Positions 25,679-32,000 of a stretch of 32,000 nt of DNA are shown here, piece after piece. The position numbers and the translations under genes were made by a program. Below the pieces are notes generated by a model, which saw only the letters and a program-made list of their open reading frames with translations, did no database searches and was not told the DNA's origin. The stretch covers positions 244,303 through 276,302 of the forward strand of contig CAZXEQ010000001.1 of assembly GCA_964640155.1 (NCBI GenBank), given 5' to 3'. The DNA is from an uncultured bacterium. Lineage in GTDB: Bacteria; Auribacterota; JACPWU01. Numbering within the stretch: the first letter of the stretch is position 1; each line of letters starts with the position of its first letter.

Positions 25679-26812
25679 ATGATAAATAAAATTAAAAATT
25701 CTCTTCTTAGCTGGTATGACCAAAACAAAAGAGATATGCCTTGGCGAAAAACCAAAGATCCTTATGCCATTTGGATCTCTGAAATTATGCTTCAACAGAC
25801 ACAAGTTCAAACAGTTATTCCCTATTATGAGCGATGGATGAAACGATTTCCATCCATCAAAAAATTAGCACAAGCTCCCTTAGACGATGTGCTCTCCTAT
25901 TGGGAAGGATTGGGCTATTATTCAAGGGCTCGCAACTTGCAACAAGCAGCAAAAATGGTTCTTGAAAAATATAAAAGCACTTTACCTTCTACAGCCAAAG
26001 CACTCATTGAACTTCCTGGAATTGGTCCTTACACTGCAAATGCCATTGCAAGTATTGCCTTTAACGAACATGTAGCCGTTGTAGACGGCAATGTCAGACG
26101 ACTCTTATGTCGACTTTTCTTATTGAAAGACGAACCTTTAAAAATACAAGAAACATCGCAAGATCTTATTTTAAAAGGAAGAGCGGGAGATTCAAACCAA
26201 GCCATGATGGAATTAGGAGCAACCATTTGTTTGCCTCAAAAGCCCTCCTGTCTTTTATGTCCCCTGAAATTATTTTGTTTAGCCTTTCAAAAGGGACTTC
26301 AAGAAGAATATCCCCCTACAAAAAAAAGAATCCTACAAAAAAAGATTTACACATTGGCTGCTTTAATTCAAAAAGAGAATCAATTTTTAATTCGTCAGAG
26401 GCCTGTGAAAGGCCTACTCGGTGGACTTTGGGAATTTCCTACTATCTCAACAACCCCTAAGGCGAAAGCTTCTACCACATTTAAATCTCATTTTAAGAAT
26501 GAACTTCAAATGTCGGTTACACTTGGGCAGAAAGAAGGAACTTACTCTCACATCTATACCCATCTCAAAGAGCATTTGGAAGTTTATACTCTAGAATGGG
26601 TCAAAGGAAAGATTCCTAATTCTAAAAAAGAGACCTGGAAATGGGTCTCTTTATCAAAAATCCGAGATTTTGCTTTTACAGGAATTTGCGCAAAAATCAG
26701 GAAAAAAGTTATTAGAGATCTAATGAGTGACAACAATTGCTATAGTCTAATCAAAAAGCCTAAGACATGTTTTTATAGTCCCCGTCAGGGGATACAAGGC
26801 GCACGCAAGTGA
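25679..26812 (+). CDS. mutY: A/G-specific adenine DNA glycosylase
   Basis: HhH-GPD domain (WYDQNKRDMPWRKTKDPYAIWISEIMLQQTQV, GLGYYSRARNL, LPGIGPYTANAI). Fe-S loop CLPQKPSCLLCPLKLFC. C-terminal NUDIX-like domain (GLWEFP). I prefer the start at 25679. The track start 25652 overlaps a TATAAT. Confidence 0.88.
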   Translation: MINKIKNSLLSWYDQNKRDMPWRKTKDPYAIWISEIMLQQTQVQTVIPYYERWMKRFPSIKKLAQAPLDDVLSYWEGLGYYSRARNLQQAAKMVLEKYKSTLPSTAKALIELPGIGPYTANAIASIAFNEHVAVVDGNVRRLLCRLFLLKDEPLKIQETSQDLILKGRAGDSNQAMMELGATICLPQKPSCLLCPLKLFCLAFQKGLQEEYPPTKKRILQKKIYTLAALIQKENQFLIRQRPVKGLLGGLWEFPTISTTPKAKASTTFKSHFKNELQMSVTLGQKEGTYSHIYTHLKEHLEVYTLEWVKGKIPNSKKETWKWVSLSKIRDFAFTGICAKIRKKVIRDLMSDNNCYSLIKKPKTCFYSPRQGIQGARK

Positions 26813-26905
26813 CTGAGGAGACGTATGTTTTCTTATACGTCGCACGAAGAAACGCAGCGTGGAACGAATAGCAAAGCTACTACTCACTGGCAGATTGGGC
26901 TTTTT
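26805..26905 (+). repeat. possible degenerate fourth copy of the structured element (GCAAGU-GAC-UGAG...CUCA-CUGGCAG-AUUGGGC-UUUUU)
   Basis: It shares GUGAC, a flanking complementary stem, GGCAG and a terminal U5 tract. The outer helix is weak. The interior contains a GACGUAU/AUACGUC hairpin. It fills the convergent gap after mutY, whose TGA stop lies within GUGAC. Confidence 0.3.
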
Positions 26906-26907
26906 CA

Positions 26908-27327
26908 TCAGACTACAACAAAAGGAAAATTTTTAGATACTTGGGAAAGAACCTTCCCTTCGCTCAAAACTTTAACCGTAAAAACAATTAAGTAATGGCC
27001 TGAAGCGTCGGGGGGGATATTCAATTTATATCGATCTCTACGCCCCCCTTCCAAAGCAGGTTTTTTCTGCTCATCCTTCAAAAGACAATGGCCTTGAGCA
27101 TCATAAAGTTCAATATAAAAAATTGTTTGAGATTCTTCAGGGAATCCTCTTCTTACATACTTCATCTCCGTCATCAATTCTGAACCTGGCTTAACCTTAT
27201 CATCATTAATAAGCTTCCCGTCTGCGTCAATACGAACAATCGATTGGAATTCTAAAGTAGAGTTTTCTGAAAAAGCTAAACACGTGGATAAAATTAAAAT
27301 GCTTAGAAATAAAATTTTTTTCTTCAA
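26908..27327 (-). CDS. hypothetical secreted protein translationally coupled to cusA
   Basis: I place the start at TTG 27327. It is preceded by AAGGAG with a 7-nt spacer and lies 4 nt after the cusA stop. That gives 139 aa beginning MKKKILFLSILILSTCLAFSENS (signal peptide). The mature part looks beta-rich. The track start ATG 27366 would overlap cusA by 35 nt. Confidence 0.6.
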   Translation of the reverse strand: MKKKILFLSILILSTCLAFSENSTLEFQSIVRIDADGKLINDDKVKPGSELMTEMKYVRRGFPEESQTIFYIELYDAQGHCLLKDEQKKPALEGGRRDRYKLNIPPDASGHYLIVFTVKVLSEGKVLSQVSKNFPFVVV

Positions 27328-27331
27328 TGAA

Positions 27332-30300
27332 TCACTCCTTTCCAGATCTGCTTTTCCACACCGCATAAATGGCCGGATACACTAAAAGTTCTAAAATAAA
27401 AGAAGTTGAAAGACCTCCTACCATAGGAGCCGCAATTCTTTTCATCATATCAGAACCTGCTCCCGTTGCCCAAAGAATAGGAATAAGCCCCATAAAGGCC
27501 GCCATCACCGTCATCATTTTAGGACGAATTCTTTTAACAGCTCCATGCACAATCGCTTCTTCCAAATCTTTTTGCGTATTCATTTGTCCTTTTTCTTGAG
27601 CATCGCGATAAGACATATCTAAAAAGAGAAGCATAAATACACCCGTCTCGGCATCTAACCCCATCAATGCAATCATCCCTACCCAAACTGCAATAGAAAC
27701 ATGATAATCTAAAATCCATAAAAGCCATACAGCTCCAATAAGTGAAAAAGGAACCGCCAGCAAAACAATCCCTGTTTTCACGATCGATTTTGTATTTAAA
27801 TAAAGCAGAAACGCAATGATAAATATCGTTAAAGGAAGAACTAATTTTAATCTTTCTCTCACTCGTAACATGTTTTCATACTGTCCACTCCATAAAAGCG
27901 TATACCCTTGAGGTAGTTGAAGTTTTTCAGATACAATTTTTTTAGCATCCTGGACATAAGTTCCAATATCCCGTCCTGTCATATCCACATAAACATACCC
28001 CGCTAAAAGACCATTCTCATTTCGAATCATGGAAGGCCCTGACGCCATTTGAATATCCGCTAATTGAGCCAAAGGAATTTGGGCTCCGGACGATGTCATC
28101 ACCAACACACGCTTTAACTTTTCCACATCATCTCTGAGTTCCCGAGCATAACGTACATTCACAGAATAACGCTCACGCCCTTCAATGAGAGTGGTAATAT
28201 TTTCTCCTCCAATGGCAGCCATAATGACTTCCTGAACATCTGCAATGGACAAGCCATAACGAGCCAATTCTTCCCGTTTCAAATCAAAATCCAAAAAATA
28301 TCCGCCCACCACACGTTCCGCATAAATACTACGAGTCCCAGAAATGTCTTTTAAAATCATTTCAAGATGAGTTCCAATTTCTTCAATTTTTTTAAGATCA
28401 TTCCCTAGAATTTTAATTCCTATTGGAGTTCGAACTCCCGTCGTCAACATATCAATGCGATTTTTAATAGGAAGTGTCCAAGCATTGATCGTTCCAGGAA
28501 TTTTCAAAGCTTGGTCTAGTTGATTGATTAACTCTTCTTTTGAAATTCGATCAGGCCAAAGTAACCGTAAAGGGATTTGTAGAAATTCTGGAACTTTCGA
28601 AGAATACCATCTTTGCCTCTGGCGCCACTCTTTTTCTGGCTTTAGCATCACCACCGTTTCCATCATAGAAAAGGGAGCCGGATCTGTTGAACTTTCCATA
28701 CGTCCGGACTTTCCAAAAACCTGTTCTACTTCTGGAAAACTTTTTAAAATTTGATCCTGCTTTTGAAGAAGTTTTTGTGCCTCTGTCACAGAAATACCAG
28801 GTAAAGTCGTTGGCATGTAGAGAAGATCACCTTCCCATAGAGGAGGCATAAACTCCGACCCCAATTTGAAATAAATGGGAATGGTTGTTAGAACAAGCCC
28901 CAAAGCCGCAGCAATGGTTGCCTTTCGATGACGCAAGACGAACCGACAAACGGGTTCATACACCTTAAAAAGAATCTTGCTAATCGGATGCTTTTCTTCT
29001 GGATAATAAGTTCCCACTGTTATCGTCGTAAGAATTCGAGAAAGGCCACGCCATTTAAATTTAAAAGGTTCCATCCGAGTAAAAAGCATGCGTAGGGCAG
29101 GATCCAAAGTAATCGCAAGAATAGCAGCAATGGCCATCGCCAAGTTCTTTGACCAAGCCAAAGGTTTGAAGAGTCTCCCCTCCTGATCCACCAAAGTAAA
29201 AATAGGCATAAAAGAAACTGCTATCACTAAAAGAGAAAAGAAAACAGAGGGCCCTACTTCTTTTAATGCTTTTAAACGAACCGCGTGAAAATCTCCTTTG
29301 CGTCCACCCTGAATCCACTGTTCAAGCCGTTTATACGCATTTTCTACTTCAACAATCGCGCCATCCACTAAAACACCTATGGAAATTGCAATACCAGAAA
29401 GAGACATAATATTAGAAGTCAGGTTCATTCCATACAGAGGAATGAAAGAAAGAAGAACAGCAATGGGAATTGTAACAATGGGAATAATGGCTGAAGGTAC
29501 ATGCCATAAAAAAATGAGAATGACCAAACTCACAATAATCATTTCTTCCCAAAGCTGATGTTTTAAAGTCTGGATGGCTCTCAAAATAAGATTCGATCGA
29601 TCATAAGTCACTTTTATTTTGACACCAGGAGGAAGGGAAGGTTCAAGCTCTTTTAATTTTGTTTTGACGCGATCAATCACATTGAGCGCGTTTTCTCCAA
29701 AACGCATGATGACAGTTGCCGTGACGACATCACCTTGTCCATCCAAATCTGCAAGTCCTCGACGAATATCAGGCCCTATCGCAACCTTTGCAACATGTTT
29801 GACTAAAATCGGTGTCCCATTTGAATCATGACCCACTACAATTTTCTCAAGATCCTGAATATTCTTTGCATAGCCCCGGCCCCGTACCATGTATTCAGCA
29901 CCCGAAAATTCTAGGAGTCGTCCCCCCACCTCTTGATTGCCATTTCGAATGGCATCTACTACTTTTGAAAGAGATATTCCATAAGCCGATAGCCGATTCG
30001 GATCTATTGTAATTTGATATTGCTTCACAAAACCACCCAGAGAAGCAACTTCAGCCACCCCCTGAATACTTTGAAGCTGATAACGCAAGAACCAATCCTG
30101 AAAGGAACGTAAAGCCTGTAAATCATGCTGTCCGGTTGTATCTACCAATGCGTATTGAAACACCCAGCCAACGCCTGTGGCATCAGGCCCCAATTCTGTT
30201 TTCACACCTTCCGGAAGACGCGCAGCAATTTTACTTAAATATTCCAGCACGCGGCTGCGTGCCCAATAAATATCCGTTCCATCCTTGAAAATGACATAGA

Positions 30301-30607
30301 CATAAGAAAATCCAAAATCGGAAAACCCACGAATGGCCTTAACTTGAGGGACTCCCAACATCGAGGAGATAATCGGATAGGTCACTTGATCTTCAATAAT
30401 ATCGGGACTGCGATCCCATTTGGAATAAATAATGACCTGTGTATCCGATAAATCTGGGATAGCATCCAAAGGAATATTTCGAGTGCACCATACGGCTATC
30501 ACTACAGCTGCAATCACTAGGAAAATCACCAAAAATTTATTGTAAGCAGAAAACTCAATCACTCTTTCAATAAAACCTTGTTTGGGTGAAATTTCTTTTT
30601 GTAGCAT
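27332..30607 (-). CDS. cusA: heavy-metal efflux RND permease, CusA/CzcA family (CusA-like)
   Basis: About 1090 aa with 12-TM RND architecture. It resembles CusA closely (VAEVASLGGFVKQYQITIDPNRLSAYGISL, STDPAPFSMMETVVMLKP). I prefer ATG 30607, 7 nt after a GGAGGA RBS and just past the cusB stop. The track start is 30628. Confidence 0.92.
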   Translation of the reverse strand: MLQKEISPKQGFIERVIEFSAYNKFLVIFLVIAAVVIAVWCTRNIPLDAIPDLSDTQVIIYSKWDRSPDIIEDQVTYPIISSMLGVPQVKAIRGFSDFGFSYVYVIFKDGTDIYWARSRVLEYLSKIAARLPEGVKTELGPDATGVGWVFQYALVDTTGQHDLQALRSFQDWFLRYQLQSIQGVAEVASLGGFVKQYQITIDPNRLSAYGISLSKVVDAIRNGNQEVGGRLLEFSGAEYMVRGRGYAKNIQDLEKIVVGHDSNGTPILVKHVAKVAIGPDIRRGLADLDGQGDVVTATVIMRFGENALNVIDRVKTKLKELEPSLPPGVKIKVTYDRSNLILRAIQTLKHQLWEEMIIVSLVILIFLWHVPSAIIPIVTIPIAVLLSFIPLYGMNLTSNIMSLSGIAISIGVLVDGAIVEVENAYKRLEQWIQGGRKGDFHAVRLKALKEVGPSVFFSLLVIAVSFMPIFTLVDQEGRLFKPLAWSKNLAMAIAAILAITLDPALRMLFTRMEPFKFKWRGLSRILTTITVGTYYPEEKHPISKILFKVYEPVCRFVLRHRKATIAAALGLVLTTIPIYFKLGSEFMPPLWEGDLLYMPTTLPGISVTEAQKLLQKQDQILKSFPEVEQVFGKSGRMESSTDPAPFSMMETVVMLKPEKEWRQRQRWYSSKVPEFLQIPLRLLWPDRISKEELINQLDQALKIPGTINAWTLPIKNRIDMLTTGVRTPIGIKILGNDLKKIEEIGTHLEMILKDISGTRSIYAERVVGGYFLDFDLKREELARYGLSIADVQEVIMAAIGGENITTLIEGRERYSVNVRYARELRDDVEKLKRVLVMTSSGAQIPLAQLADIQMASGPSMIRNENGLLAGYVYVDMTGRDIGTYVQDAKKIVSEKLQLPQGYTLLWSGQYENMLRVRERLKLVLPLTIFIIAFLLYLNTKSIVKTGIVLLAVPFSLIGAVWLLWILDYHVSIAVWVGMIALMGLDAETGVFMLLFLDMSYRDAQEKGQMNTQKDLEEAIVHGAVKRIRPKMMTVMAAFMGLIPILWATGAGSDMMKRIAAPMVGGLSTSFILELLVYPAIYAVWKSRSGKE

Positions 30608-30611
30608 TAAA

Positions 30612-32000
30612 TCATCCTCCATGGACATGTCCCTCCACCCCTTCCATTGCTGCTTTCAAACGACTCTCGGAATCAATTAAAAAATTTCCGTTAACCACCA
30701 CCTCTTCCCCTTCTAAAATCCCTTTCTGAATCTCAACCCAATTATTTCCTTTTCCCCCGACAATTACTTCACGTGGTTCAAAAAGACCATTTCCTTTACT
30801 GACAAAAATGATTTTTCGAATTCCGGTATCCATCACTGCTTGCGCTGGGACTTGAAGCCGTTCACCCAAATCAACAATGATTTGTGCGTTCACAAACATT
30901 TCAGGCTTCAAAATATTTTCTAAATTAGAACACTCCAGTCTTGCGATAGCTGTTCGAGTTTGAGGTTTTAAAGTAGGAGAAATATAAATCACTTTTCCTG
31001 TGATTTTTTTCTGCTCATCATGGGGCAAAATGACTTCTGCTTCTTGTCCTATTTTCACCCACGGTAAATCATATTCATAAAGATCCACCTCTACCCACAA
31101 AATTGAAAGATCGGCCAAATGATAAAAATCGGCACCCCGCTCCATATACTCTCCTGCAAAAACATGCTTGGTCAAAACAATCCCATCAATAGGAGAGTTC
31201 AAAACCAAAGCCTTTTGAGGAGCATTTCTTTCTTCTAATTTTTTAATTTCTTCTTCAGAGATATCCCACAAAAGAAGTCTTTTTTTTGCTGAACCCAAAT
31301 TAATCTGGGCATTCTCAAGGACCGTGCGACTTACATCTGAGCTCAGATTCTTTAGAGTACGCAAAGCTAAAAGATATTCTTCTTGGGCTGAAACAAAATC
31401 AGGACTATAAAAGGAGAAAAGAGGTTGTCCTTTTTTGACAACATCTCCTTCATACTTTGCATAAATCTCTTCAACCCATCCTTCCACTTTCGGATGAACA
31501 TGAACAGTTTTTGTTTCATCGACGATGACACGTCCAACCGAGCGAATCGTTTTGATCAAAGTCTGTTTTTTGGCTGAAACTGTTTTTACACCTAGCCACT
31601 GCAATTTTTGAGGACTCAACAAAATCGAAGCATGATCCTTTGTTAAATTTCCTTTCTCAACCTTATCTTCTTCCACATGTGTTCCACAAACAGGGCAAGT
31701 CACCTTTTCTCCCGGCTGTGAGACCACCAGCATCGGACAAGGCTTTCCATCATGAACCATGGGACAATTGTGCATCACACAAACGCTTTTAGAGTCTTTC
31801 GTATCGGAATTTTCTTTGACAAGATCCATATGACAAATAGAACATTGCCCTGGTTTGTCACTTTTAATTTCTGGATGCATAGGGCAAACATATATTTCTT
31901 TTGTTTTTGACTGAGTCGAAATACTCGAAATTTTCTCTTTATGATTTTCTGTTTTATTTTCTTTAAGCACCAATTTCATATTACAAATGGGACAATCTCC
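30612..32000 (-). CDS. cusB: efflux RND periplasmic adaptor (CusB-like) with N-terminal tandem heavy-metal-binding domains; 5' end beyond the right edge (partial)
   Basis: The MFP core reads QPLFSFYSPDFVSAQEEYLLAL, with beta-barrel and C-terminal domains. The N-terminus carries YVCPMHPEIKSDKPGQCSICHMDLV. The frame stays open upstream of the track Met: 32000..31980 encodes GDCPICN, followed by MKLV. That is the end of another CPxCxMxLV repeat, so the true start lies outside the window. Confidence 0.88.
   Translation of the reverse strand, partial: GDCPICNMKLVLKENKTENHKEKISSISTQSKTKEIYVCPMHPEIKSDKPGQCSICHMDLVKENSDTKDSKSVCVMHNCPMVHDGKPCPMLVVSQPGEKVTCPVCGTHVEEDKVEKGNLTKDHASILLSPQKLQWLGVKTVSAKKQTLIKTIRSVGRVIVDETKTVHVHPKVEGWVEEIYAKYEGDVVKKGQPLFSFYSPDFVSAQEEYLLALRTLKNLSSDVSRTVLENAQINLGSAKKRLLLWDISEEEIKKLEERNAPQKALVLNSPIDGIVLTKHVFAGEYMERGADFYHLADLSILWVEVDLYEYDLPWVKIGQEAEVILPHDEQKKITGKVIYISPTLKPQTRTAIARLECSNLENILKPEMFVNAQIIVDLGERLQVPAQAVMDTGIRKIIFVSKGNGLFEPREVIVGGKGNNWVEIQKGILEGEEVVVNGNFLIDSESRLKAAMEGVEGHVHGG

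Noticed and set aside
25624-25810. N-terminal 44-codon extension of the MurU-AmgK ORF and the overlapping 102-aa ORF 25502..25810
   Set aside because: The extension overlaps the divergent mutY start and precedes a strong RBS plus ATG at 25623, where the nucleotidyltransferase homology begins. The 102-aa ORF is an out-of-frame shadow.
27369-30012. Short ORFs overlapping cusA on either strand (27369..27599, 27534..27728, 28524..28754, 29061..29318, 29619..29831, 29812..30012)
   Set aside because: They are nested in a full-length CusA homologue and have no independent support.
1-32000. CRISPR arrays, tRNA/rRNA genes, transposases, integrases, prophage or defence-island genes
   Set aside because: I scanned the intergenic regions and all track ORFs. 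There are no spaced direct-repeat arrays and no cloverleaf-like GC-rich segments; the GC-rich islands are the repeat elements. No recombinase- or nuclease/helicase-type ORFs appear. The only accessory-type module is the RelE/ParE toxin-antitoxin pair.

Overview
AT-rich window (roughly high-30s % GC by eye) from a diderm bacterium whose lineage I cannot assign without a database search. It is densely coded and mostly housekeeping. Left to right: two small membrane proteins; a YgfZ-type folate-binding protein convergent with a TPP-dependent 2-keto-acid decarboxylase; a stand-alone nuoJKLMN (complex I membrane arm) cluster; leuD-leuC and an M20 peptidase; a RelE/ParE-type toxin-antitoxin pair; an FHA-GGDEF diguanylate cyclase; an RluA-type pseudouridine synthase; a B12-dependent class II ribonucleotide reductase preceded by tandem NrdR boxes; a small DEDD exonuclease; an SDR - QueD/PTPS - CstA operon; ispH; a fused MurU-AmgK-like enzyme; mutY; and a cusB-cusA metal efflux operon with a coupled small secreted protein. 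No rRNA, tRNA, CRISPR array, transposase or integrase is recognisable. The most unusual signal is a family of GC-rich structured elements with an invariant core, NCGGGU-GAC-[stem]...[stem]-GGCAGG-ACCCGN. There are three clear copies (about 1260-1346 plus strand, 4128-4209 minus strand, 9958-10150 plus strand) and one degenerate candidate (26805-26905). Stem complementarity is kept by compensatory changes while the stem sequence diverges. Two copies form an inverted pair, each directly upstream of and co-oriented with one gene of the convergent ygfZ-like/decarboxylase pair. I cannot match the element to any RNA family I know. CDS coordinates follow the supplied ORF track, with start codons re-picked where noted. 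Hand-counted coordinates of non-coding features may be off by 1-2 nt.
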